Origin: Octopus bimaculoides
Taxonomy: Eukaryota
Length of the DNA: 64,000 nucleotides
Direction of reading: 5' to 3'
NCBI RefSeq assembly: GCF_001194135.2
Contig: NC_068983.1
Location: 152,565,125 to 152,629,124, forward strand
Below, piece after piece: positions 12,192 through 24,432 of this stretch. A model generated the notes under the pieces. That model searched no databases, was not told where the DNA came from, and saw nothing but the letters and a program-made list of their open reading frames with translations. Position numbers and translations under genes: made by a program. Numbering within the stretch: the first letter of the stretch is position 1; each line of letters opens with the position of its first letter.

Positions 12192-12959
12192 TGGAGGGGT
12201 AGGAAAGAGAAGAAATATAAGGAAAGAAGAATATTTTAGGTAGTAAGTAAGGATACGGATAGAAAATTGTAATTAGCGATTAAGGAATTAAAAGGAGTGA
12301 AAAAATATTGTTGGTTTAATACGTAGTGGTAATGAGGGTAGATGAGTGGGAAAAATAATAAGTTATATAAGTATTATATTCTCGCTAACTGTACAATACT
12401 TGCCATCTCCATTAACAGAAATCTTGAGGTTCTCTGTCAATCACAGGTTATTGAAATTCATATAAGATATGAAGAAGTGAGATGACATTGATCCTTCGTT
12501 TCTAAAGCAAAATGAACGCTCACATTTCATTCCCTGTCATCAGATCGTAAAAGATAACATGTTTTTATTCGCATCAGATCGTAAACATGCTTTTATTGGC
12601 TTCAGACTCTTCTTATAGAGGAGAGAAGGCTTCCACTTTACCCTCTTTCTGACTAGTTGCCTCTGTCGAGGTACCCAGTTTTAATATATTTTTCGACATC
12701 CAAAGTCTTCTACCGAACACAATAATCCACTGTGACCACGGTTCACCTATGTACTAAGGTGATGGATTGTGATTCGTATGACTGCAAATCAATTCTCCTA
12801 CTGGCTGTCGGTTCGTGTCACTGTTCACGGATGACGCTATCCCGCTGATCTCTGTCCATTGCTTTTGTAAATAATACAATTTCGGTATAAAAACTTGTAG
12901 AGTAAGAATAACATTAAGTAAATATGCAAATTGAATGACATATGTCAGTTAATAATGCT

Positions 12960-13147
12960 TTCAAATGTTGGGACAAGGTCAGCAATTTCAACGGAAGGTG
13001 CTGTCGATTCCATCATCTGAAGTATTCAGTTAGTATATATTTTATCGACCCCGAAAAATTGAAAGGCAATGTCGACCTCGGTGGAATTTGAACTCCGAAC
13101 GTAGCGGCATTTCGCCCAGCATGCTAATGGTCCTGCCAGTTCGCTGC
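12960..13147 (-). mobile_element. tRNA-derived SINE, type 2 (GGCGG.GAGCTGGCAGAA head; GAGGTCGAC..TTTC....TTCGGGGTCGATAAAAT central domain)
   Basis: Reverse complement matches 14769-14984. Confidence 0.75.
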
Positions 13148-14245
13148 TTTTATGTCAGTTGATAATGAAAAAGCTATTCTCACTTCTGCTTTAATTTATT
13201 CATAACTATTGCATGCATAATGATATATATTTGTATTTACTCATACTTTATATANNNNNNNNNNNNNNNNNNNNNNNNNNNNNNNNNNNNNNNNNNNNNN
13301 NNNNNNNNNNNNNNNNNNNNNNNNNNNNNNNNNNNNNNNNNNNNNNNNNNNNNNNNNNNNNNNNNNNNNNNNNNNNNNNNNNNNNNNNNNNNNNNNNNNN
13401 NNNNNNNNNNNNNNNNNNNNNNNNNNNNNNNNNNNNNNNNNNNNNNNNNNNNNNNNNNNNNNNNNNNNNNNNNNNNNNNNNNNNNNNNNNNNNNNNNNNN
13501 NNNNNNNNNNNNNNNNNNNNNNNNNNNNNNNNNNNNNNNNNNNNNNNNNNNNNNNNNNNNNNNNNNNNNNNNNNNNNNNNNNNNNNNNNNNNNNNNNNNN
13601 NNNNNNNNNNNNNNNNNNNNNNNNNNNNNNNNNNNNNNNNNNNNNNNNNNNNNNNNNNNNNNNNNNNNNNNNNNNNNNNNNNNNNNNNNNNNNNNNNNNN
13701 NNNNNNNNNNNNNNNNNNNNNNNNNNNNNNNNNNNNNNNNNNNNNNNNNNNNNNNNNNNNNNNNNNNNNNNNNNNNNNNAAATTAAATGTGTATACACAA
13801 ATTAAACTGTACCATGGAGGAATGTAGTGGCGGACAGAAAACAAGACAGGAAAACAAACGGAAAAGGCTATACGGCCAGACGTGAAAAATTATGTGTATG
13901 TGGAACGCTGTGAAGCAACGAACTGGAAGCGGGACGAAGTACTTCATTTATATATATATATATTTATGTATGTATGTGTATATGTACGTACATGCACACA
14001 TATATTTGTGTATAATACACATTCTCGCACGCATAGCTAATATATTTGAAATTTCTATTACGTTATGGATCTTCTGTCCTGCTTCATATTTTAGACTAGG
14101 TTCATTTTTCCCCAGGTTGTTTCGACGAAAGTTGCTTGCTTTTGTTGAGCATAAAACCCACTGTCAGAGGGAATATAGTTGTAACACATGTGGCATGTTT
14201 GAAGTCAGACATTCGAGACAGTGCTGAATTCCCAAGCAAAGTTTC

Positions 14246-14557
14246 GTGGTAAGTTGCTTGCTTAACATCCACATGGTTCCGGGTTCAGTCCCACTGCGTG
14301 GCACCTTGGGCAAGTGTCTTCTACTATAGTCTCGGGCCGACTAAAGCCTTGAGAGTGAATTTGGTAGACGGAAACTGAAAGAAGCCCGTCGTATATATGT
14401 ATATATATATATAGTGTGTGTATATGTTTGTGCGTCTGCGTTTGTCCCCCCACCATCGCTTGACAACCGATGCTGATGTGTTTACGTACCCGTAACTTAG
14501 CGGTTCAGCAAAAAGAGACCGATAGAATATGTACTAGGCTTACAAAAATAAGTCCTG
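14246..14557 (+). mobile_element. tRNA-derived CORE-type SINE (type 1, resembles octopus OR-type SINEs), 3' end missing
   Basis: B-box-like GGTTCAGTCCC, CORE-like GGCACCTTGGGCAAGTGTCTT, internal TA/TG spacer; many homologues in the window. Confidence 0.85.
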
Positions 14558-14768
14558 ATGAATATATTTAGTGACATAATACATAAACGTATATATATTC
14601 TTGTGATAAATATCGCAAATGCCTTAAGCAAATGTTTCGATGGTTACAATTATGCCTGTTGCATACACTATACTCGTCGTCACAAACAGAGTGTGTCTAA
14701 TAACTGGAATAATGAATCGGTACTCTATAAAACTGTAGTTATTAAACTTTATTGTATATAACTTCAAA

Positions 14769-14984
14769 GGCGGTGAGCTAGCAGAATCGGTAACACACCA
14801 CGCAAAATATTTAGCGGTATTTCATCTGTTTTTACGCTCAAGATTCAAATTCCGCCGAGGTCGACTTAGCTTTTTGTGATTTCGGGGTGGATAAAATAAG
14901 TACCATTCAACCAATAGGGTCTATGGAATTGATTTACCCATTCACCCGAAATTACTGGTCTTGTGACAATATTTGAAATCATTA
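14769..14984 (+). mobile_element. tRNA-derived SINE, type 2
   Basis: GGCGGTGAGCTAGCAGAATCG head, ATTCAAATTCCGCCGAGGTCGAC, GATAAAATAAGTACC; the central part resembles the Meta-type SINE domain (from memory, unverified). Confidence 0.8.
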
Positions 14985-15012
14985 TACATTATTAATTCTG
15001 TATAATTTAAGG

Positions 15013-15140
15013 TTACTCTTTACTCTCTTTTACTTGTTTCAGTCATTTGACTGCGGCCATGTTGGAGCAGCGCCTTTAGTCGAGAAAATCGACCCCAGGA
15101 CTTATTTTTGTAAGCCTAGTACATATTCTATCGGTCTCTT
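15013..15140 (-). mobile_element. 3' end of type 1 CORE SINE
   Basis: Reverse complement ends GCTCCAACATGGCCGCAGTCAAATGACTGAAACAAGTAAAAGAG; matches 20940-20988 and 36892-36975. Confidence 0.85.
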
Positions 15141-15372
15141 GTTTCCATTATTGAATATATAAATAGATAAACACACACACGCACGCGCGCACACACGCAC
15201 GTGCACACACACGCACAAACACACACACATGCACACACATATGCACACGCACACATGCACACACCACTCAAGTATTGCACTCAAGATGGTGTCGATTAAT
15301 TCCATTCTCCTTACAATTACTCATCTTTTACGTAAGTGAGAAACAACATAGTACCATTGTTTGGTTTGATGT

Positions 15373-15751
15373 GTTGGTACTCCGTCGCTTACGACGACGA
15401 GGGTTCCTGTTGATCCGATCAACGGAACAGCCTGCTCGTGAAATTAACGTGCAAGTGGCTGAGAACTCCACAGACACGTGTACCCTTAACGTAGTTTTCA
15501 GGGCGATTCAGCGTGACACAGTGTGACAAGGCTGGCCCTTTGAAATACAGGTACAACAGAAACAGGAAGTAAGAGTGAGAGAAAGTTGTGGTGAAAGAGT
15601 ACGGCAGGGTTCGCCACAATTCCCTGCCGGAGCCTCGTGGATCTTTAGATGTTTTCGCTCAATAAACACTCACAATGCCAGGTCTGGGTATTGAAACTGC
15701 AATCCTACGACCGGGAGTCCGCTGCTTTAACCACTGGGGCATTGCGCCTCC
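15373..15751 (-). mobile_element. tRNA-derived SINE, type 3 (~380 bp, full length)
   Basis: Minus-strand head GGAGGCGCAATGCCCCAGTGGTTAAAGCAGCGGACTCCCGGTCGTAGG with A/B-box-like motifs; body matches 39641-39932 and 18606-18770. Confidence 0.85.
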
Positions 15752-16176
15752 ACTTGGTTTGAGAAACACGTTGCAAAAGTTATTATGAATGTTTCTTCCA
15801 GAAAAAATTAAACATTACCCAATGGACTATTTTTTATCCCTTCTTGAGCCTAATTCCGGGTTGGTTTGCCGAGGTGGGTTTAATTGTAATGGATTTCAAC
15901 TGAGGTTTTTTGTCCTTAGGGGTTTTGCTAAAATCCCAACCTTCCGCAACTCCGCTCTGGTCCCGTCATCTGGATCAGCATTATAACTAGTCCACCTACA
16001 ACCGAAGTCGCATAAATTTGTTTGAAGCTATTCTGTAGTTACACAACAACAATGACAGCAGTATAAAAAAAACAATAACATTATCAGTATTAATAACAAT
16101 GACGGCAAGAACAACATCAATAGAAACCTTTCAATACGTCTCACACTGTCCCCATTGTATGAGTCCTCTGCTACTC

Positions 16177-16440
16177 CTAGATTATAATACGTATCCTGTA
16201 GTTGTCTAGTATTTCTTTTTGAGTGTTCAGTGCTTTTTTGGGACGGCCTCCCATAATCTTGTTCTGCTTCATCAAAAGTCCAATGCACTCGAAACGTTTT
16301 CTCTCTAATTCTTTCACGATTTCTTTCTCAGACGATTTCAGTAGAATATGATTTAAGATCTGCCCACATAGAGCATTTGGGTCACAATGTTTCCATTGCT
16401 TTCTCGCATTTGATACTGCAATCAATTCTTCAGTCTTTTG
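16177..16440 (-). mobile_element. Possible decayed RTE-type LINE RT C-terminal fragment
   Basis: KEIVKELERKRFECIGLLMKQNKIMGGRPKK resembles the RTE pattern IVKEIK.RRL.W.GH..R...GRPK; weak. Confidence 0.3.
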
Positions 16441-17584
16441 ACAAAAGCATCCCTATCCACTATGTAACATCCCCTTACATTTATGATATTTCTGGGCCGC
16501 ATTGTAGCAGAGAATGGCTCCACCCCCACTTCTCGTTTACATGAATTATTCACATTGCTTTTATTAGATAAATCTCTTCTAAACCTATCCTTCTTCACTT
16601 CATCGTGCTATGAACGACGCTCAATTAAACGTCATGTGCGAAATTAAATACACTTGTATGAAAGAAAGACGCCCACCTTCATTGAAACTGCTACTTCTGT
16701 TACCTTCAGTGCTTGCTCTAGTAGTCTTTAGCCAACACACTCTACAATTTTTCTTCCTCCCTATTCTCTCTCTCTTTCTCTCTGTCTCCCTCTACAAGAA
16801 TATATCCCGATATTTAGAAACACGCTAGGCTATATGCGATTTACAAAATGAAAATCTCACGGTATCAGCTATCATGCTATCTATCGCACTAAATTCCAGT
16901 ATCTCAACAATCATGGACCTCTTGCAATATCTCTCTCACTTCATCGGTCACCAGATCAGCTGCAAAAGCTAGTTTTCATTATCATCATCTGAAAACATTT
17001 CAGTTTGAGAACAGTCGCTAGCCAACTATAAAACAAAATTACTATCCTCCTTGCAGTTATCAAAACAATTCCGAAACATCTCTACGATATACAAATATAA
17101 AATCACAAAAAATGTCACAGCTTTGATTTGAATAAAAAATAGTCACAAAACTTCGTTGGAAAAAGTCACAGGAAATAAGCCTGTTTAGTGAAAATAATGA
17201 TATAGAATTTCATTAATTACTATCAAATAATAAAAAGATAATGTGTTGAGTCGCTTCTTAACTGTCAATGCATGTTTTGTACACAATTGGTATAAAGAAT
17301 ATGGGAAACAGTCCTTTCTTTCAATGTCTTGAAATAATTAAATAAAAAATGAAATTAAGTTATTAAAGATTTCCTATGGCGTCTATGATATATTTCTGGT
17401 GATATGTTTTCCTAGATTAGCGTCGACTATGAACCAACAAGCGTGTTCTTTCTAGGTATCTTTTCTTGTATTGTTCGAAGGGCTCTTATCTCTTACAACT
17501 AGAAATTTGAATACCATTTCTGTCAATAGCTGTTATTGCCAGATTATTCCAATTGTCTCACTGCATAAATCCTGTACAATGTAC

Positions 17585-17670
17585 TTTTCCAATTTCTTCT
17601 TTCGTTCCCATGAAACGGGATATAGTAGAATATTTTTCGGTGCAGAACTTCTCTATAAGTTCAAACTTAT
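17585..17670 (-). mobile_element. Possible decayed RTE-type LINE RT fragment
   Basis: FELIEKFCTEKYSTISRFMGTKEEIGK resembles LE.VEKFCYLGSTIS...EEI; same strand and expected order relative to 16177-16440; weak. Confidence 0.3.
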
Positions 17671-18605
17671 TATAAGCAACATCTTAGTCATCGGAAGTAC
17701 CAGCAAATATCATGGACACGGAACATTAAAGCTTATAGAAATTGCATGGAGATACAAGCACAAACTCTCTTACCATTGATTCGATAGCAAAACAGATTTT
17801 TTTTTTTGAAAATATAAGTATCTATTTCAGGAGACGCGGAAGAGAATTCCGTACACGTTTCTTTATTGTCAATCGCATTGCTCAAATGCTAAAGAGTTTT
17901 TGCTTTATAGTATCTATCAACGTTTGCAGTTAAATTTGAGCATATAATTGAAAGAAGATACGTTTATAGAAGATGCGAAGCAGTAGGCTAATTAGATAGG
18001 TTGCTGCTTTATAATGAAGATACATGCGTCGCCAAGCTATTTGATAAACAGCCAAATATGAATCTAAGTTTTTTGAAATTATATTTACAAGCAAGAAAAT
18101 ATAGTGCAACGTACTTTTACTGATCTAAATAGAAAGATTAATGTCTGCTTGCAGAAGGCATTGAATGATTTTCATTTTATTCTGGCTGAGAGGATGTTAA
18201 CACTGTTTCCAGGATGAGTATTTAGAATGTTTAGTTAAATGAGCTAAACACTGTACTAGTATAGAATTGCCTGAGTATGCCGCATACACAAATTTATTCG
18301 TAGTGGAATTCTTTGGGAGAATCAGATTAGTAAACTGTGGAAAAAAAGCTATGCATTTCAGTCTATCATATTTCCATCACATGACTTAGTACAAAATAAA
18401 GATATGTCAATAGGTACTTACATAAGATACCACAGAGATGGATTGGTAGCGCGACAGTATGTTTCCGAAATGTGCTTCTTAGCCATTCGACCGTGTAAAG
18501 GATCATGCATGCATTGTGCATATATTTATGCACACATTTGGTGCCGCCCATATATATGATGATGTATATAGAATCGAGTCAGCTGCCAAAATTGAGCTAT
18601 ATCTG

Positions 18606-18770
18606 TTATTCAAAGGACCAGCCATATCATGTTCTGTGATATGCTGAATTTCCCTGAGAACTACGTTAACGGTACGCGTGTTTGTGAAGTGCTCAGACTG
18701 CACATTAATTTCACGAGCCCGCTGATCGGATAAACTGGAATTCTCGTCGTGGTAACAGACGGAATGCCAA
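18606..18770 (+). mobile_element. 3' half of type 3 SINE
   Basis: CAAAGGACCAGCC..GCTGAATTTCCCTGAGAACTACGTTAA..TTAATTTCACGAGC..CTCGTCGTGGTAAC matches the reverse complement of 15373-15545. Confidence 0.8.
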
Positions 18771-19110
18771 TTATAAATATGTTAAACCATGTGCCTGACA
18801 GTTTTCTCGAAAGGTTGAGTGATACTATGTGTATGTGTTTATAGATTGATTTTTCACTATAGTCAGAAATTGAAGAAATATGTCTGGATATAGTCTTTTA
18901 ACATGACATCAATTGTGGTTACTTTGAAAGACCAACTTGCAACCTATCATTCAACATTTCTGTATATTACTTATAATGATAACTGCTACATCTGATACAC
19001 ACATACATGTTTGTATACGTATGTGTGTGTAAGGTTTGTATGTGTAGGTGTGAATAGATGCAAATCCTCATATAAGTGTGTGTATGTGTGCATATGTGCG
19101 TGCGTGCGCA

Positions 19111-19173
<63 letters not shown>

Positions 19174-19725
19174 GTGTATGCAATGTACGTGTATAGGTGT
19201 ATATGTATTCTAACTTTTATAAGGAAAGGGTTGACAGTGACTTCAAAGTTTTAGAATGCTTTATTTGCTTCTTTTTGGTCATACTCTTCGGCAAATCGTG
19301 TTTTTGTGTGGGGAGCTATTTGAAGTATAATTAGATGTAGTCTTGGCAGACTGGAGAAGTGGTTGTGTAGGTAAAGGTGATAGAAGGAGTTGAGAGGAAA
19401 GTGTGGTTCTGTTGGGTGTGAGTTAATACAAAGTCGTGCCAAACAAATTTATTTAGGATGAGCTCATGACCGACCTTATGTGTGTATACATGTGTAGAAT
19501 TGTGTATATATACAACCATATGTGTATACTTTCATTGGTGCGTATGAATACTTATATGTCTATATGTGAGTATACACGTATGTATATAGATGAATGCATA
19601 TGAACTTCTATGTGTAGAAATGCACATGTTTCACATGTATATATGTATATATATGTATATATATATACGTATATATATATATATACAATATATGTGTAGA
19701 TGTATGCACAATATTTATGTATGTT

Positions 19726-19760
<35 letters not shown>

Positions 19761-20611
19761 NNNNNNNNNNNNNNNNNNNNNNNNNNNNNNNNNNNNNNNN
19801 NNNNNNNNNNNNNNNNNNNNNNNNNNNNNNNNNNNNNNNNNNNNNNNNNNNNNNNNNNNNNNNNNNNNNNNNNNNNNNNNNNNNNNNNNNNNNNNNNNNN
19901 NNNNNNNNNNNNNNNNNNNNNNNNNNNNNNNNNNNNNNNNNNNNNNNNNNNNNNNNNNNNNNNNNNNNNNNNNNNNNNNNNNNNNNNNNNNNNNNNNNNN
20001 NNNNNNNNNNNNNNNNNNNNNNNNNNNNNNNNNNNNNNNNNNNNNNNNNNNNNNNNNNNNNNNNNNNNNNNNNNNNNNNNNNNNNNNNNNNNNNNNNNNN
20101 NNNNNNNNNNNNNNNNNNNNNNNNNNNNNNNNNNNNNNNNNNNNNNNNNNNNNNNNNNNNNNNNNNNNNNNNNNNNNNNNNNNNNNNNNNNNNNNNNNNN
20201 NNNNNNNNNNNNNNNNNNNNNNNNNNNNNNNNNNNNNNNNNNNNNNNNNNNNNNNNNNNNNNNNNNNNNNNNNNNNNNNNNNNNNNNNNNNNNNNNNNNN
20301 NNNNNNNNNNNNNNNNNNNNNNNNNNNNNNNNNNNNNNNNNNNNNNNNNNNNNNNNNNNNNNNNNNNNNNNNNNNNNNNNNNNNNNNNNNNNNNNNNNNN
20401 NNNNNNNNNNNNNNNNNNNNNNNNNNNNNNNNNNNNNNNNNNNNNNNNNNNNNNNNNNNNNNNNNNNNNNNNNNNNNNNNNNNNNNNNNNNNNNNNNNNN
20501 NNNNNNNNNNNNNNNNNNNNNNNNNNNNNNNNNNNNNNNNNNNNNNNNTATTCCTATCTTCCTGTTTTCGATTTGACATTACTAATACATTCCCTACTTT
20601 CATGTCACTAA

Positions 20612-20988
20612 TTCCAGTTTCAGTCCCCCTTCATGGCACCTTGAGCAAGTGTCTTCTACTATAGCCTCGGGCCGACCAAAGTATTCTGTGTGGATTTGGT
20701 AGACGGAAACTGAAAGAAGCGTGTCGCATATGTGTATATGCGTATGTACGTATTTGGTTGTTGGTGTCTGTGTTTGTCCGTCTCCCCACTCTCATCGCTT
20801 GACAACCGATGCTAGTATCTTTACGGTCGGTAACAGAGAGGTTCGGCAACGGATGGGGGGGGGGCGTGCGATAGAATAAGTACTAGGCTTAAAAGGAATA
20901 GGTTCTGTGGTCGATTTGTTCGATTACAACCCGTTTAGTTGGTGCTCCAGCATGACCGCGGTCAAATGACAGAGATAAGTAAAAGAGT
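20612..20988 (+). mobile_element. Type 1 CORE SINE, near full length
   Basis: GGCACCTTGAGCAAGTGTCTTCTACTATAGCCTCGGGCCGACC ... GGTGCTCCAGCATGACCGCGGTCAAATGAC. Confidence 0.85.
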
Positions 20989-21214
20989 TTGACAGGAGAG
21001 CTAGGAAGGAGAGATAATAACGTTCTGGTGTTCCCAAATCGACGGTGCACGTGCGTAGGTGTATGTAAGAGCGTGCAAGTATGTGTGTGTGGATATGAGC
21101 TAGTTACTTTGATGCGTGGATGTGTGCATCTGTAATGTGTGGGTGTGTGAATGATGGTGTGGGGGTGTGCGGATGATGGTGTGTAGGTGTGCAGATAAAG
21201 GCTGTGGCACCGAA

Positions 21215-21502
21215 TGTACCAGTTGGTCCTATCAGTGGAACAACCCGCTTGTGAAATTGACTTGTAACTGGCTGAGTACTCCACAGACATGCATTCCCTA
21301 AACGTAGTTCTCGGGGAAATTCTGCGTGACAGAGTGTGAGAAAGCTGGCCCTTTGCATTACAGATACTACTCATATTCGCCAGCTGAGTGGGCTGGGACA
21401 ACATGAAATAAAGTGTCTTGCTCTAGGAAATAACTAGCATGTATCGAACCAATAACCTTAAGATTGTGAGCCTATTACTCTAACCACCAATCCATGCGCC
21501 TT
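21215..21502 (-). mobile_element. tRNA-derived SINE with CORE-like head joined to the type 3 3' half
   Basis: Minus-strand head GAAGGCGCATGGATTGGTGGTTAGAG..GGTTCGATAC, GAGCAAGACACTT, then CAAAGGGCCAGC..GAGAACTACGTT shared with type 3. Confidence 0.7.
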
Positions 21503-21779
21503 CATTTGTGAAGCCTAAAAGGCAACGCAATTCAGCTTTCTATAGAAAAAAAATGTCATGACCTGAATTTATACCTTTACATCCGCGTCTAATTGAAGCC
21601 CAAACTATAATCTGCAAATATATACTTTCCTCCTATCTTCCTTTCTTCACTTCCTACACAATCACTATCTACATACAGCACACATAATAAGCACTCACAT
21701 AACTCAAACTGTAACCCCACCCCACAAAAGCAGAGTCGTCAAAAGTTATGTAAAACGAAAAAGAAGCCAAGTGAATCAC

Positions 21780-21819
21780 AGTCTGATGAAGATCAGTAAA
21801 CCGAAACTTAGTAGTCACT
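21780..21819 (+). ncRNA. Hammerhead ribozyme-like motif with intact core and weakened stems
   Basis: AGU-CUGAUGA-A-GAUC(AGUA)AACC-GAAA-CU(UAGU)AG-UC^ACU: core and GUC intact; stem III 3 bp, stem I 3 bp, stem II has 2 mismatches. Confidence 0.5.
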
Positions 21820-21989
21820 CTCTTTTTTTTTTCTTGCAAAAGTTAATAAATATTTACTGACTGTATTTAGTAATACTACAGTTTAATATTAAGTTATTTC
21901 TATATAGAATTCAACATAAAAACATATATAAAACATATACCTACACATACATTCATATGTATGTGTGTATGCAGTCGTATGTGTAAGTA

Positions 21990-22526
21990 GGCATAATTGC
22001 CAGTCTCACTTATCGAAATAACATCAATATATTTGTCAAAATTACATGTAAATATTTTGAAATACTAAAGATTAAATTTATTCAATAAAATCACCACAAC
22101 CTCCAGACGACTTCAGAATCTCTTGCAACTCTTCCGGACAGTCTCCCAGTTTAAGATGGTGAATGCTACCATAATCTTTGCTTTCAGTTCATCTTTGGTG
22201 TTACAGGGACTTTTGTTGGTCTCTCTCGCTCAACTACGCCCTCCACATAGTAACCAAAGAAGTTGCAATCCGGGGAGTTACATGGCCAGATGTTAGGGGT
22301 GATGTGGTTGCAGAAATCTTTTCACATCTATGGCTGGGTTCTCCTGCTTGTGTGGCATGGAGCAGAGTCCTATTGTAGACATAGGCTTATCCTTCAGCCA
22401 CCCACTTAAGCCAGGGCAGCACTACCTCCACCAGGTACTTGATGTAGGTCTCCGTGTTCAATCTGAGACCACGTGGGAAGGTGAATGGAGGCATAACGTA
22501 GCGATCACTAGTGATCATTCCAAACA

Positions 22527-22530
<4 letters not shown>
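21990..22530 (-). mobile_element. Tc1/mariner superfamily DD37D (maT) transposase C-terminal half plus 3' flank, pseudogenised
   Basis: MVFGMITSDRYVMPPFTFPRGLRLNTETYIKYLVEVVLPW, then after a frameshift DSAPCHTSRRTQ..DFCNHITPNIWPCNSPDCNFFGYYVEGVVERETNKSPCNTKDELKAKIM; 37 residues from the DSAP Asp to the third catalytic position (mutated to G). Confidence 0.85.
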
Positions 22531-22559
<29 letters not shown>

Positions 22560-22563
<4 letters not shown>

Positions 22564-22705
22564 GCTTACTTCCCAACCATATAGTTCCAGATCCAGTTCC
22601 ATAACGTGGCACACTGGAGAAATGTCTTGAACTATAGCCTCGGTCTGACCATGTCCTGTCAAACCACTGCTTGGCAAAACTAAAAGAACGCTGTTGTATA
22701 TATAA
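22560..22705 (+). mobile_element. Type 1 CORE SINE 5' half, diverged
   Basis: GCTTACTTCCCAACCATATAGTTCC..CGTGGCACACTGGAGAAATGTCTTGAACTATAGCCTCGG. Confidence 0.7.
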
Positions 22706-22739
<34 letters not shown>

Positions 22740-23283
22740 AAATATATATATGTAACTGCTTATTGGAATGAAATTGCACTTCATGTTAGAAGGTCGGCTG
22801 AAGCTACAGGCTGATGACCAAGCATTGGAACTGCCAGCACAATAGCAGTAAGATAATGAAGTTCGTGACATAATTCCTTTTGCTGTTCATATATATATAC
22901 ATATGTACGGAGAGAGAGGGTGAGAAAGAGAAAGAGAGAGAGAGAGTGAGCGCGCGCGCGAAGGCAAAATATCATAGAAGTATGTAAGAAATGAATTTAG
23001 CAATTTGAGGAGGAAGAAGCCCCACCCACAATTAGAGTAAAATGATTTTATCTACATATATTTGTATAAGGGTGTGTACATGAAGAACCCCTATGAAAAG
23101 AAGTAAAAAGGACGTAAAAAGGAGAATCAAGAATATGCCTTAGGAATAGATACAGATCGAAAAAGACAGGATCCAAAACGATTTCAGAAAAAGCAGAAAA
23201 AAGAACCAAAAGAGAAAGTGAAACAGAAAAGTGTTTATGAAAATTAATAAAGCTTTCCTACATAAAGATCTGATATATATATG

Positions 23284-24095
23284 GTCTATCTGGATGTTTT
23301 GTTGTCCTTTTCTTGTATCACCTGTCTGGATGTTTTGCGTTCTTGTCCCATTTTGTATTATGTATGTATATATGCGTACACTTTGTCTCTTATACGTAAG
23401 TATACATTTTTCTAAATCTTGTACGACTCTATTTCTATCTATCAGCCTCTTCACCCTTATTGGTTTATTCCATTCTTCTTTCTTACGTTCCTCCTCGGTC
23501 ACATTTCCTTGCCTTCTCTTCTTGCTCACTTTCCCTCCACTTTTCACTTCACTGTGTCCCTGTCATTTTCTCGCCCCTCTTTAATTGTTTTGTGCCTCTG
23601 CCTCTTTCTCTTCTCTTCCCACGTGACCGGCGTTCGGCCAAGCCTGATCATTCTTTCTTGGCTGGCCATTATGCGTGCAACATCGATATTCCTCCCTGTG
23701 TCTGTGAAATATTGTATCCCTGCTGTAAGGCTTTATTTCCACACACGCCAGCTTAATTTAATTCGTCCTGTTGTTATGTCCTGTTATTATTTTATTGTAT
23801 TTGTGTAACATTGTTCGTTTTTTTCCGTTCTTGTTTTGTATACATTGGCTGCTTTCTTCCAAGGAATCTAATGCTCTTAGTTTTTCCTTAGGGTGGCCAG
23901 ATTGGAGCAATATCGGGAATAACCAGCCAAAATTGCAAAGATAATCCGGATCTCGACTGAGGAAAGAAAACTCCGAATGACCTGTCCTCGTTTTCCTTGT
24001 ATCGTCTATCTGATGTTTTGTTGTCCCTTTCTTGTATCACCTAACTGTCTTGATGTTTTGCGTTGTTGTCCCATTTTGCATTATATATATATATA
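23284..24095. repeat. Non-coding repeat 'family C': 720-bp unit with ~90-bp terminal direct repeats
   Basis: GTCTATCTG(G)ATGTTTTGTTGTCC.TTTCTTGTATCACC..GATGTTTTGCGTT.TTGTCCCATTTTG.ATTAT at 23284-23372 and 24004-24095. Confidence 0.75.
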
Positions 24096-24216
24096 TATAT
24101 ATATTTATACATGTGTGTATGTAAGTATGTGTGTATATATGTGCGTGCGTGTGTGTGTGTGTATACAATATATGCATATGAAAAAGAACACAACACTGGA
24201 TTTCGCATTGATTAAC

Positions 24217-24432
24217 TCCATATTTTCGCAATATATTTACAGCTTATAGGAAGATAACATAGCATATTGCTGAAATGAGGACTGCTGGCCATGCGTATAT
24301 TTCTACACAAATATCTAGACATCAAACGCACTGTAAATACATAAATATAAACGCACACACTAAACAATACATCTGACACATGCTTCGTGTTTTGAATTCT
24401 AACTAAATATATCGTTAAATACAATAGTGAAT
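24217..24432 (-). repeat. Interspersed repeat 'family D', copy 1
   Basis: Reverse complement aligns over ~215 bp with 38454-38670. Confidence 0.8.

Noticed and set aside
15680-15751. tRNA genes (also 39860-39932 and other SINE heads)
   Set aside because: tRNA-like heads continue into SINE bodies and lack a proper acceptor stem and terminator
23960-23995. CTGAGGA-AAGAAAACTCC-GAAT-GACCTGTC as a hammerhead
   Set aside because: GAAT instead of GAAA, and stems I and III do not pair
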